DNA of 64,000 nt, taken from the NCBI RefSeq assembly GCF_006345805.1, contig NC_042997.1, forward strand, positions 177,754,001 through 177,818,000, read 5' to 3'. The notes beneath the pieces were generated by a model. It was not told the DNA's origin. It did not search any database and was given only the letters and a program-made list of their open reading frames with translations. Positions 29,321 to 42,715 of this stretch are shown one piece after another. Numbering within the stretch: the stretch's first letter is position 1; each line of letters starts with the position of its first letter. This DNA comes from Octopus sinensis (Eukaryota). The position numbers were made by a program, and so were the translations under genes.

Positions 29321-29943
29321 CACACACACTTATATGCAGTTAAATATCTGTCCGATCATAGAGTGACCAACGGCTTCGCACAGCGGTATTTGAATTCAGA
29401 AGGGCGGCGAGCTGGCAGAAACGTTAGCACGTCAGGCGAAATACGTAGTCGTATTTCGTCTGCCGTTACGTTCTGAGTTCAAATTCCGCTGAGGTTGACT
29501 TTGCCTTTCATCCATTTGGGGTCGATTAAATAAGTACCAGTAACGCACTGGGGTTCGATGTAATCGACTTAATCCGTTTGTCTCTCCTTGTTTGTCCTCT
29601 CTGTGTTTAGCCCCTTGTGGGTAGTAAAGAAATAGGTATTTGAATTCAGAATTTAAAGAGCCAGAAGTACTGCAACATATTTTGTCCAACGCTGGAATGA
29701 TTTTGCCAGTTTGCTGCCGTAGTATTGTTGTTTCTAATTTAGGCACAGGACCAGCATTATTGAATAGAGGGCTATTCAATACCATCGATACAGTACTTTA
29801 CTTCTGATATATTTTATCGACCCCGTAAGGATGAAAGGCAAAGTAGACCTCAGTGCAATTTGAACTCAGGATACAAAGAGCCAGAACAAATAACACAAGG
29901 CATTTTGAATGACTTCAAATGATTCTACTAATTCACTACTTTA

Positions 29944-30148
29944 TAGTATTCCCTCGTCATATCGCGGTTCACCTATCGCGCACTCAGCACAACGCGGATT
30001 TTTCTGGCTAAAATATGTAAATTTACATCGCGGACTCCTCAGTATATCCAGGTTTCTGCGGACGATAAGTATTTATATTTTTTTAGATTTTAATTATTTC
30101 TGTGAGATGTTTTGGAACATAACACCCGTGATAGTCGAGGGATTACTG
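29944..30148. mobile_element. pogo/Tc1-type MITE
   Basis: TIRs tagtattccctcgtcatatcgcgg / ccgtgatagtcgagggattactg, TA on the left. Confidence 0.7.
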
Positions 30149-30211
30149 AAATAATAATAATAATTATTATTATTATATTATTATTATTATTTATTATTAT
30201 TATTATTATTA

Positions 30212-30950
30212 TAAAGCAAAATCCCAACAATGGCTATGTTCAGGACTCAAAGCAGAGACTGAAGGGTTTTTAATTACAGCACAAGATCAAAGCCTTCTCA
30301 CCAGAAATCACCAAAAGAAGATGAAAAGAAATAAAAGTAACTGCAGAATATGCAGTGATGGAGAAGAAACAATAAATCCTATTTCTCTGGCTTCCCAGTC
30401 CTGGATATGAAAGAATACATTCACAGACACGACCGAGTTGGGACCTATATACACTGGAAGCTATGCCAACACTATGGAATAACAACAGAAAAAAGATGGT
30501 ATGGCACACCCCAGAAAAGGTCAAAGAAAATGAGAAAGCAACCATACTCTGGGATATGCCGATACACATAGGTAGAGAAATTAAGGCTAATAAGCCGGAT
30601 ATAGTTGTCAGAGATCACCAAGAAAAAAATGTTTTCCAATCGATGTATCAATACCAAAAGATGACAACGTTTCTCTGAAAGATACGGAGAAACTCTCAAA
30701 ATACAATGATCTGGAAATAGAAGTAACTCGAATTGGAGCCTAAAAACAGAAACAGTTCCTATCATAGTAGGATTAGGCATGATAAAAAAAATATTCAGAC
30801 AAATACATAACCAAAACACCAAAACTTACAGAAAATAGCTCTACTAGGCACCGCACAAACATTTTCAATACAGTGAAAATAAGAGCACATACCCGAGGCA
30901 CACAGAGCTGCGCTCGGTAGTGCAGTGAAAGCACGTGATAAAAATTTGCT
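30212..30950 (+). mobile_element. R4/Dong-like LINE 3' fragment
   Basis: CRICSDGEETI, HRHDRVGTYIHWKLC, TILWDMPI..IKANKPDIVV, KIALLGTA. Preceded by TAA/ATT repeats. Confidence 0.85.
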
Positions 30951-30989
30951 GGAAGGCAGCACTTTCCTCTCCGTTCTTATTTTCCCTTC

Positions 30990-32600
30990 CAAATGAAATT
31001 TGAAAAAAAATCGATGACGGCTTGCCCAAAGCGGGAGGTGCTTTGTTCCAACTCTTTCAGTCTCTTTTGCCTCGGTTACTAGACAGATAAAAATTACCTA
31101 CTCTTCCCGATAAAAGGCAGGAGGTGGAACGATCTTCATAATGGACTCCATGAACTTCCGAATCCGTCCTTACACGCAACAGCAATTGTTTGACGCAACT
31201 CCACATATCAGCACCCAGTGCGTGCAGAACGGTTTCGTTGCCTTGTGTGCCTCCCGCAAAGTCATTCTCATTACAAACAAGTCTGATTGCCTCTCCTATC
31301 TCACTTATCTATTTTTCTCTATCGCTACAACATTGATAAATCCTAAAGGTTCCATTTTAATATCCCTCTTCAGAGTGGTATCAGATTGTCACTGATTGTT
31401 AACAATCTCCTCCGTTATCTACCGTTCAAATATTTTTTCTTATTTGATCGCTGTAGGCTTTGTGAACTGGAAACGACGTGTTCAGCTCCCAGTAGCTGGA
31501 TTCTTTCCTAAACGTCCTTTTCTAAATCGGCCGTACTGGTTGCAAATTTGTGGTCTGTGAGGCCGAATGGTTAAAAATTTATCCATCCTACCCTACCTCT
31601 GTCTACTGATCTTGAAACTACCTTACTTAGGTATCATCTGAATAACCCGACGAGATTGCTTTGTACCCGCATTTGTACATTAGAAACACCCAGTCGATAC
31701 TTGTCACGCAGCTGGAGCTGCCTGTGTAGCTTTGCGAAGCATTTACATCTCACTCTTCTTTCGGCTAATCTCAGTCGCAGCAAGGCGGCGAGCTGGCAGA
31801 AACATTAGCGCGCCGGGCGAAATGCTTAGCGGTATTTCGTCTGCCGTTACGTTCTGAGTTCAAATTCCGCCGAGGTCGACTTTGCCTTTCATCTTTTCGG
31901 GGTCGATAAATTAAGTACCAGTTACGCACTGGTAATCGACTTAATCCGTTTGTCTGTCCTTGTTTGTCTCTCTGTGTTAGCCCTTTGTGGGTAGTAAAGA
32001 AATAGGTATTTCGTCTGTCGTTACGTTCTGAGTTCAAATTCCGCCGAGGTCGACTTTGCCGTTCATCCTTTCGGGGTCGATAAATAAGTACCAGTTACGC
32101 ACTGGTAATCGACTTAATCCGTTTGTCTGTCCTTGTTTGTCTCCTCTGTGTTTAGCCCTTTGTGGGTAGTAAAGAAATAGGTATTTCGTCTGTCGTTACG
32201 TTCTGAGTTCAAATTCCGCCGAGGTCGACTTTGCCGTTCATCCTTTCGGGGTCGATAAATAAAATACCAGTTTCGCACTGGGGTCGATATAATCGACTTA
32301 ATCCCTTTGTCTGTCCTTATTTGTCCCCTCTATGTTTAGCCCCTTGTGGGCAGTAAAGAAATATAATCTCAGTCGCAGCATGCATCTAACGTGCCATTCT
32401 AGTCTCCCAAAGTACTAAAAAACAGGACATTCCCAAGAACGCTTCTAGATGTCGGAAGAAATTCATCCGCCCTGTTTCAGTCGAGGCGTTGTACCTCGAA
32501 CAAAGCAGATGGGTCTGAAGCAAGCATGAAAACACCGACATCGCAGCACTTCGCATCAAGCACCACAAAGCCTGCGTTTCGGAAATCCTGGGTCCCTTAT
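30990..32600 (-). mobile_element. Decayed L1/Tx1-like LINE fragment (APE endonuclease region) interrupted by a SINE trimer
   Basis: GRMNFFRHLEAFLGMS..LVL.GD remnant resembles an APE domain. Heavily decayed, so the clade is tentative. Confidence 0.5.
31783..32363 (+). mobile_element. tRNA-headed SINE, trimeric form
   Basis: Perfect 17-bp TSD TAATCTCAGTCGCAGCA (31766-31782, 32364-32380). One head followed by three ~175-185 bp units. Confidence 0.93.
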
Positions 32601-32875
32601 ATATTCTATATTTACACCTAGTGATCTTACTGCGTTGAGCAATTGACCTAGATTCGAAACCAACACAGTTCATACGCATTTATACAACTTACTTTGAGTA
32701 GGGGTCAAATTTGATTTCTTTCGTTAATTTATGTGATCGTGTGTATTTCACCTGAGACGATGGCTAACATATCACACACCAGTGCAAGTGACACCATTAG
32801 CTTTTTCAGTGCGTTCAGCCAATGAGCAATGTAATTGCTTGCTCCTAGGCATTAGAAATGATAGTCATCAACAAA

Positions 32876-32916
<41 letters not shown>

Positions 32917-34327
32917 TTCTGATACATGTAACTACTTCTATATAATAGTGCAATTGCTGATTGGTTCAGATGATAAATAGATACCAGAAGCAATGAAACT
33001 TGTGGTGATTTGTTTAAGCAGAAATCATTTAGTAAAGATTGCGGATTTAGATTACTTCATACGCAGTGAGAAAGCAAAAGATGCTAACGTTTCAAATTAA
33101 ACTTACGAAAAGAGTTGATCGAAACGTCAGGGTGGTGATTAGCAGAATCATTAAGTATTTGGCCGAAATACGTCCTTAGTTCAAATTCCGCCGAGGTCGA
33201 CTTTGCCTTTCATCCTTTCGGGGTCGATAAATAAAGTACCAGTCACGCACTGGGGTCGATGTAATCGACTTAATCCGTTTGTCTGTTCTTGTTTGTCCCC
33301 ACTGTGTTTAGCCCCTTATGGGTAGTAAAGAAATAGGTATTTCGTTTGCCGTTACGTTTTGAGTTCAAATTCCGCCGAGGTCGACTTTGCCTTTCATCCT
33401 TTCGGGGTCGATAAATTAAGTACCAGTTACGCACTGGGGTCGATGTAATCGACTTAATACCTATGTTTGTCCTTGTTTGTCCCCTCTATGTTTAGCTCCT
33501 TGTGGGCAATAACGAAACAAGAATCATTAGCACGCCGGACAAAACGTTTTAGCAGCATTTCGTCTGTCTTTGCGTTCGGAGACCAAAGTTCGCCAAGGCC
33601 GAATTTGCCTTTCATCCTTTCGTGGTCGATAGAAAAAGTACCAACTGAGTACTGGAGCCGATGGTACCGACTAATCCCTCCCGCTAAAAATTGCTGGCCT
33701 TATACAAAAATTTGATATAATTAAGGCGGTGAGCAAGAAGAATTGTTGACGCGTCGAACAAAATGCTTAGCGATATTTTCCCCGATTCTTTACGTTCTGG
33801 GTTTCAAATGCCACTAAAGTTTTTGTCTCTCCTCCTTTCAGCGCCGAGAGCCAATGTAATCAACTTCCCCCTCCCTTCTAAATTGCTAGCTTTATTCCAA
33901 ATTAAGAATAAACCAGACGGGTTAGTAGAATTGTTGGAGCATTAGACCAAATGCCGTGTGGTATCTAGTTACAGTACTTAACAATTTGAGATCATGAGAC
34001 CAAATCGTTCCTTGATTGACTTAGCTGTAGTTAATATAATTGACAGCTTCCTCCCTGCAAAATTCTGGTCTTGTGCATCATCGTTACTGTCAATTTTAGT
34101 GCATTTTTCCACGCTTGCATGGGTCAGATGGAGTTGTTGTTTTGTTCTTTTTATTGAGGCAGATTTTCTACGGCCGGATGCCCTTCCTGTCACCAACTCT
34201 CACCTGTTTCCTAGCAAGGTAATGTTTTTCCATGGCCAAACGTTCTCCCCAAATATCGGAAATTAATGACACTGCTTGTATGATAATGGCGCTTATTCAC
34301 AACTATCATGTGATGCCAAAGCAAGGT

Positions 34328-34361
<34 letters not shown>

Positions 34362-34756
34362 CTCTTTACTCTTTTACACTTTTACTTGTTTCAGTCATTT
34401 GACTGCGGCCATGCTGGAGCACCGCCTTTAGTCGAGAAAATCGACCCTGGGACTGATTCTTTGTAAGCCTAGTACATATTCTATCGGCCTCTTTTGCCGA
34501 ACCGCTAAGTTACGGCGACGTAAACACACCAGCATCGGTTGTCAAGCGATGTTGGGGGGACAAACACAGACACACAAACATATATACACACACATATATA
34601 TATAACATATATACGACGAGCTTCTTTCAGTTTCCGTCTACCAAATACACTCACAAGGCTTTGGTTGGCCCGAAGCTATAGTAGAAGACATTTGCCCAAG
34701 GTACCACGCAGTGGGACTGAAACCGGAACCATGTGGTTGGTAAGCAAGCTACTTAC

Positions 34757-34803
<47 letters not shown>

Positions 34804-35220
34804 CACGACAGACTTCTTTTAGTTTCTATCTACCATATCCACTCACAAAGTTTTGGTCAGCTCAGGAATATAGTAAGACACTTACCCAAGGGACCTCACA
34901 GTGGGACTGAACCTAAAAACTATGTAACTGGGAAGCAAACTTAACCACAAAACCATGCCTGCACCTATATTAGAAATCAATATGTAAGAGAGAATCGACC
35001 ATGCCACCTGCTGGACTACTGACCAAAGACAGTTGCAAATTAACAGCATATAGTCAGTACTACTGTTTTTATTGTCAACATGTTTTTTTAATTCTTTTAT
35101 TTTATCTAGCTTTATCATGTTCTAGCCAGAATTTTTGTTATTTTTTTTTCTTTTTGTAATTTTTTTTCTAACAGTTTGTACTCATGCCTCTTTATTTTTT
35201 CAAGGCACTTGAGAATGGTG

Positions 35221-35560
35221 AAGGCACGTGGCTCAGTGGTTAGAGCGTCGAGCTTACGATCGTGAGGTTGTGAGCTCGAATCCCGGACTGGGATGCGTGT
35301 TGTGTTCTTGAGCAAGACACTTTATTTCACGTTGCTCCAGTTCACTCAGCTGTAGAAATGAGTTGCGACGTCACAGGTGCCAAGCTGTATCAGCCCTTGC
35401 CTTTCCCTTGGACAACATCGGTGACGTGGAGAGGGGAGGCCGGCATGCATGGGCGACTGCTGGTCTTCCATAAAACAACCTTGCCCAGACTTGTGCCTCA
35501 GAGGGTAACTCTCTAGGTGCAAACCCATGGTCAGTGTCTGACCGAAGGGGGTCACCTCAC
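35221..35560 (+). mobile_element. tRNA-derived SINE (further family)
   Basis: A box tggctcagtgg, B-box-like gctcgaatcc. 13-bp TSD cttgagaatggtg / cttgagattggtg. Confidence 0.85.
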
Positions 35561-35739
35561 CTTGAGATTGGTGGGAGACAGGAAAGAAGTTATCTCCAAA
35601 TCAAGGACCTACTCTGAATACTTGCAACAAAATGGAATCTGCTAAAATTACCCAAAGACTAGGCAATGGTGTTAAACCACCTCATCACCAATTGGTGTCA
35701 CCTCCACTCAGCAGATTAAATATCAAAGATTTCCATTCA

Positions 35740-36075
35740 GGTCTTATCTCTGCCATTCTTACATAAGATAGTTTAGTCCAGTCCTTGAATATATAAAAGT
35801 AGTTTGTTCTCAGTCTTCCTCTCAGCATTTGCCATTTATCTTTTCTTCAAGTAATAGTCTTTGTTTACCTTGTATGCTCTTATGATGTGACCAAAGTACT
35901 TAAACTTCCTTCCTTAATAGTTGAGAGAGTAATTATTTATTTTCTTGTTGTGGCACATGATCAGTTTTGTGTTTTGTCTAAGATATTCTTAATATCCTTC
36001 TATGTCTGTTTCAAGAGCTTCTAGTTTGTCAGATAGGGACTGCATCAATGTCCATGTTTCTGCACCATATAATGG
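35740..36075 (-). mobile_element. RTE-like LINE fragment
   Basis: YGAETWTL...KLEALE...RRILRIS remnant. Confidence 0.65.
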
Positions 36076-37343
36076 TATATGGTGCAGTGCTCCACAACCA
36101 GTATGCTGTGGCACATTGATGTGCCACAAGACGATGTTAGATACATTGCAACATAACCTGAATATAATTATTTTCTCTATACTTTTAGTTATATTTTTTT
36201 TAGTTCAGGTGTGCCACTGAATTTTGAAAATATAAGTGTACCACAACTGAAAAAAGGATGCAGAGCACCAATATAGACCATAGGTAACATTTACACAGCC
36301 TTTTTCTTGTTTGTGTGTCTACCAACCAAAACTCAGAATGCAAAGAGCCAGAACAAATATTACAAATTATCTCATCAGACAATTAACCACATAACCATCA
36401 TCATCATTTAAACATCTGTTTTCCATACTGGCAAGCTGGAGATCTGCACCAGGCTCCACTTGTGTTTTGACATGGTTTCTACGGCTAGGTACCCTTCCTA
36501 ATGCAGTGCATACTAGGTGCTTTTTATGGGGCTTTGGTATGGGTGCTTTTAACATGCCACCAACACCAGTGGGGTGGCCAAGTAACTTACAAGACCTCTT
36601 AGTGCAAAGAAGTAGAGCTGAGGGAGGTGGTCATGCACCAGGTGAGAGTATGATAAAGGAACAGAGATAGTTGAATAACTATATATACTTCAATGTCCCA
36701 GTGGGACAAAGAAAGTGGGAAAGAGAAAGAGAAATAGATGGTGTTGGAGATGCGTTGGGGACTACACAGTGAACAATGGGGTGGGGTATAAGTAGTACAG
36801 AGAGGATAAAAGTGGGTATTCCAAGAGTGTGAGGGGACATGTTTAGAGATGGGGGAAGACATGACTGTAGCAAGAGAGGATGAGGAAACTTAGAGTGGAC
36901 TTGGCGGAGGGGAAGGTGAAATAAGGAAGAGAAGAGGTAAGGGACCATGTAAAGAATAAATCAAAATTGGCCTCAGTTGGCTTTGAATTGAAAGCGAGGA
37001 CAGTAAACCAGAACTAATGTTGCCAAAGAATTTTCTTCTATACATTAATGACCCACCTATATGTCACAGTCTCAATAAATTAATTCGCTTGCCAATTAAT
37101 AGAAATTATATTGCACACTAGGTGAATTTGGCAAACTAATTTAATTTTGTCCAAGTGAGCATATACTATAAATAGATACAAACTTATTCTCTCTGTAGAC
37201 AAGAATAATAAATTAATCTCTGATGACATTTATAAATTCTGAAAGGTACATGCTGAATGCACCTCTTGTAAATTTAACTTACATTTCTACTTATTCTATT
37301 GTGTAGTGTTTCTATAAATAAATACATATACACACACACATGC

Positions 37344-37381
<38 letters not shown>

Positions 37382-38144
37382 AAAGCTGTTCAATTCACTT
37401 CAACATTTAAGTTTAATTTATCAAAATATTTTCATCGCTTTAAGACCGCAACCTGTTCACTGACAAAAATCCGTGCTGCAGCACGGTCTTAAAGCGACGA
37501 AAATATTTTGACAAATTAAACTTAAATGTCGAAGTGAATCGAACGGCTTTTGTGTGTTTCTTAAATGGTTTACAAACACCTTCCACACTGCAATTGTTTT
37601 CGTTTCAGCACACGATCTCAGATCAAATCACTTGCTATGCAAGTACATCTCCATAATATATATATATATATCTGTAAATACATGTGACAATTATTCAGTA
37701 GCCATGATAAAACTCCGAGTTTTGGATGTCAGAGCGGAAACCCACGCTGCCATCTCTTCAGTTATCTGGCCATCGAAAAATGCTATATGCGCTTAATAAG
37801 GACTAATTTTCTCCAAAAGTTTCTTAGAGTATAGTTCCCTTGATGATATAGGTATGTTTTTCATAGAATAATCAATGTAGTAGGTGTCCATATTGAATTC
37901 TTCTGCGGGGCAGAGTCCTCAACCGATTTCTGGTGATTTTCCAAAATAAGCTGCATTAGCATTTTTTTGATGACCAAGTAACTGAAGAGATGGCGACGTG
38001 GGTTTCTAACCCAACACCCGAAACTTAGAGTTTTATCATGGCTACCGAATAATTGTTACATATATTTACAGATAAATTCCTCTATTTATATAATATCGAG
38101 GTCTCTTTTATTCTTTTATCTTACCATTTCCATCAATATATATA

Positions 38145-38195
<51 letters not shown>

Positions 38196-38209
38196 TATAC
38201 ACACACACA

Positions 38210-39453
38210 CAGGGTGCAGACAGTAAGGACAGATTTATGGTTTTTAAAAAATGGTTATATAATAACAGAAAAAAAACTGTCTTTTTATAAAAATAACAAA
38301 GCTAAATAATCAATTTAATAATTTCATTCAATAAAACCACCATAAGCATCATAACTGCCTCTATGTGGGGTCGAAATCATGTACAAGCTCGGATTAAGTG
38401 GTCCTTGTCCATACTGGACAGGCCTCTAACTATGGTGGCTTTCAAAGAATTTTGGTACTATGTGGGTGTTCATAGAGATTTTCCTCAACGATGCTTCATA
38501 CATGGTAGTCCAATGAATTGAGATCTGGAGAATTAGGAGGCCAAATGTTAGGGGTGATGTGATCATGCAAATTATCAGCCATCCATTCTTGTGTCATTTG
38601 AGCATTGTGTAATGGTGCAGAATCTTGTTGAAAGACATAAGGAATTCCATTGCATACACTGTTGATCCAAAGCTTAACAACTTTATCCAGAACCTCAATA
38701 TATACAGCAGTATTCATCCTAAAGCCTTGTGGAAAAAAGTGAGCAGGCATCACATGCCCTTCTTTGCTAACAACACCCAAAACCATGACACTTGCAGGAA
38801 ATCTTGTGTGCATTACTTTTGGAACCTCAGAATGGTCTGCACATAGCCATCTGTCATTTCTTCAGTTAGTTTTCTGGTCCTGGTCAAAGATTTTTTCATC
38901 TGAGGAAAACCAAATCACACCATCTTCTGACGGATTTTTAAGTTTGTTCAAAAGTCTTTGGGATCTGATTAAACAGGTTTCTTTTGTTTTTTGTGAATTG
39001 ACCTCTCCTCATCACATAAGATTTGTATCTGATGTCTTCATGCACATCATTTCTGATTTTTTTTTTCTGACACGTGAAATTTTTTTGCAATTGACTTCAT
39101 TGAATTCCCTGGATTGTCTTCAATGTTTTGCTTAACTTCCTGAATAAATTCAGGTGTCCTGATAGAATCAGAGCATTTGGAATGTTTTGTACGTATTGAT
39201 ACAGGTAACATGCTTCCATCTTCTTTCTCTAACTCACACCGAATCTTGTGGACAGAAGATCCTGCAACTTTCAAAAAATGAAAAATTTCTAAATCACCAT
39301 GCTTAGCCTTCAAAGCCCCAATGACAGTATGCTTTTTTATTTCATTACTAAGCATAGGGCCTGTCATAGTTATTTTCTGAAATAGAAGTTCAATAAAAGT
39401 TAGTCAACTAAAAAATTACTAAAAATACATGTCCTCAAGATACCGTGCACACC

Positions 39454-39456
<3 letters not shown>
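38210..39456 (-). mobile_element. Full-length decayed DD37D (maT) Tc1/mariner transposon
   Basis: TIRs cagggtgcagacagta / taccgtgcacaccctg within TA/CA repeats. Motifs FSSDEKIF, FQQDSAP and WPPNSPDLNSLDY, with 37 residues between the second and third D. Frameshifted. Confidence 0.92.
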
Positions 39457-39500
<44 letters not shown>

Positions 39501-39765
39501 TGAGTGATTTCCTAATTGCCATGTGTTCTATTTCATGTCTTCCGTGTGGTCAATTTCCTGTTCATTTACAGTTAGACAGACTTGATTTTTAAGAGCTGGC
39601 CAGATTACAATATGATTAACAAGATACAAACTACCACCAAAGAGCCAAGGTTTTCGATATCCGATATAACCAGTGCAAGCTTTACACTCAAACCAACTTC
39701 AATAAAAAATACAAAATCAAAAAAAAAACAAAATCAAAAAAATACAAAATCAAAAAAAATGTCAA

Positions 39766-40454
39766 TTTATTTAATCAACTTTTAAGCAATTATCTGTTTC
39801 TTTGTTACGTCTTGCTTTGTTTTGTTTTGTTTTTTTTCTTTTTTTTTTCTTCTTTTTTATAACCATTCAATTAACTTCTATAAAATAATTACATGAATCA
39901 AGCAAGATTCTGGAAAGCAACCATTATTTAGTCCACAGCCAGTAACCATTCATAGCAGAAATAACAGTTCTCTTCTAACAGCCTTCATCCTTTTGGCCAT
40001 TTTTAGTTACATAGATCACATTTTGATATTTAGTCTTTTTTTTGGCTTTTCTATTTAGTAAAATAGAAAATAGATATGATGTGACACTCAAGACTCAGAC
40101 TTTCATCACATAATGCTTTTTCCTTTTTTTTTTTAATTTTTATTTGCTACAAATCTGCATAACCATTTAACACCTGTCAACTTACTCAGTCAGCATTTTC
40201 ACTTTAAGTATATGCAAACAATATGGATGGGGTAGTTACATAATATACCCAGCATATCTATATGTATGAATGTACACATACCCGCACATATATATATCTA
40301 TATACACACACACATACATACATACATTCACACGTGCAGGTGTGTGTGTGTGTGGAAGAAGGGGGTGAATATTTGTGCATGTGTGTTTCATCTATGCGTA
40401 TACATTCACGTATGTATAAGCCATTTAATTGCCCTATTCAATAGCAAAGCAGCA
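39766..40454 (-). other. Probable DEF8 3' UTR with candidate AATAAA signals
   Basis: AATAAA on the minus strand at 40139-40144 and 39766-39771. The real cleavage site cannot be determined from sequence alone. Confidence 0.4.
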
Positions 40455-40524
40455 TTAAGTGAATGTTTGTCGGTGAGCTCTGCGATCACACCGTGGACAG
40501 CTTTCAAGTTTTGTAAAGCATTTC
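40455..40524 (-). CDS. DEF8: DEF8 last coding exon (RKCFTKLESCPRCDRRAHRQTFT*)
   Basis: ttttactttcag| acceptor, phase 2, terminal CPxC motif, TAA at 40455-40457. The ten exons total 1125 nt (374 aa plus stop). Confidence 0.92.
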
Positions 40525-41320
40525 CTGAAAGTAAAAAAAAATAATAATAATAATAGAAAGTTGAAATATTTTGTTGTTTTAACTATGGAATATAGAAATT
40601 ATCATTATCGACATCGTTCTAATGCACAATTTTCCATGCTTGCATGGGCCAGATGGAGTCTATTGGGGCAGATTTCTTACGGCCAGATGACCTTCCTGTC
40701 ACCAACCTTCACCTGTTTCCAAACAAAGTAATATTTTCCCATGGCCAGACATGTTATCACAGAATAAATGACATTCGTTCACAGCAATCAAGTGACGTCA
40801 AGACAAGAGACACCAACACACACATCCACACTCACACAGTCATGGCTGAAAGTTTGGAACATAGATCTGAAATTTTTTTTCTTCTAGATATTGAACTATT
40901 GGATCAGTTATGAGGTAAGTATATCACTATGTTGTATATATTTGACCAGCTTGCTAGTCCTGGTCAAACTGTCTAACCCATGCTAGCATGGACAATAGAT
41001 GATAACTGATGATGATGATGAAGATATATATAAAACATATACTAGCATCAGATATCATTTTTATTACAGAAGGTGATGAGCAGAAGACTTAGTCAAGCAC
41101 TAAATTATGAATTTTATTATCCAGTTATCTCCCTTCTTAAGTTCTCAGTGCAAATCACATGTTTGGCTTTTCTTCTTATCTTTCTCTTGTCAATGAAATG
41201 AATACCAGCTTAATCAAGGAGTGAATAATATAAGAGAGAGGTACTGCATGGTATCTTAAGGAAGTAGCCTTGTGAGAGGATTTAGTAATCAGGAATTGAA
41301 AGAGAAGCCTGTCGTATATG

Positions 41321-41353
<33 letters not shown>

Positions 41354-42144
41354 CCTTATGTAGGCATTATGTGCTACAGTTGTAAATGAGCATCATCATC
41401 ATCATCAAAGTAAGGTTGTTTGTTTTTGGTCTTCTGTGAAAAACATGTCTGGCCATGAGGAAATATTACTTTGCTTGGAAACAGGTCAGGGATGGAGACA
41501 GGAAGGACAAGCTCGCTGTAGAAAATTTGCATCAACAAATTCTGCAAGCATAGAAAAGTGGACACTAAATGATGATGATGTATTATACAGTTAATTACAT
41601 CAATGTATAATAATTTAAGAGTGTTGTAACTTGCTTGAAGAGCACTATAGGGCAGAAATAGAATAATTAACAAAAAGGGGAAATGAGGAAAGATTCTAAC
41701 AATACAGAGATGAAAGTTGAAAAATGTCTATATTTTGGGTGCAAAGGCCTATCTTCAGAACTGTACAGTCAAAGAGATGTGTGTCTATAAAGATCCTGCT
41801 ATTTGGATAGCTGGATGGGCAGGATTGCTGTACACTTCTAAAGAGGAGCCTTTGTGCCTAAAATATAAAGATTTTTCAACTTTAATCTCTGCATTGTTAG
41901 AAGCTGTCCTCATTTCCCTTTTTGTTCATTATCCTACTTATATAATAAATTGTGACCGGGTGTGTTAAAGTTAAAAACCTTTTATTTCTAAGATGGTAAC
42001 AAGTTTCTTCAAATGTAATAACAAGGGGAAAATCCATGGGAATATCCTTCTTTAACTTGTCCTTTTCAACTTAGCCAATTCTTTTAATTCCAACAATATG
42101 TACAACCCTACTTTGTTTCTAAAGAGTAGAACAAGATATGACTG

Positions 42145-42500
42145 TACAACTCCATCTGTCTAACACCCGTGGACATGTTTATAAAGTCAGAAAACAGCAC
42201 AGCTCCCATGACTTTCGGAAACATTTTTTCATGCTAAGAGTTGCTGAAGCATGGAACAAACTGCCGGTATCAGTTGTTAGTTGTCAGAGCACTGCATCCT
42301 TCAAAACTTCTATGCTTCCTGAGATTTGCGAACACTACACCTGATTTTCTCCCCTCCATACACACACAAGCATGTATCTGACTCATACACTGTTCACTTT
42401 CCAGACATTTGTACATTACTGCATATGCTTTATATGCACTTTTGACAAGTTGTGGTGCACCGGAGCACTGTATACAATAATTTCATTATTATCATTATTA
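42145..42500 (+). mobile_element. CR1-like LINE 3' fragment
   Basis: NTRGHVYK...RKHFF..RV...WNKLP..VV....SFK motif, then 3' UTR and (ATT)n tail. Confidence 0.85.
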
Positions 42501-42715
42501 TTATATAGAATCTACTTCAGCTTGAACTGCTTTCTCCACTTTTCTTCTCCCATCCCACATAGCAATCTGTAATGTTCTCTATGCCTCTATCAAGCTACAT
42601 TATAGTTCTGACTTTTGAAACAGAAGGAAGTTTGAACACTCATCTGCTACTATTTAATTTACTTTCAGAAACTAATCAATATTAGGGTTATCAGAGCTAA
42701 ATAAATTAAACTCAC

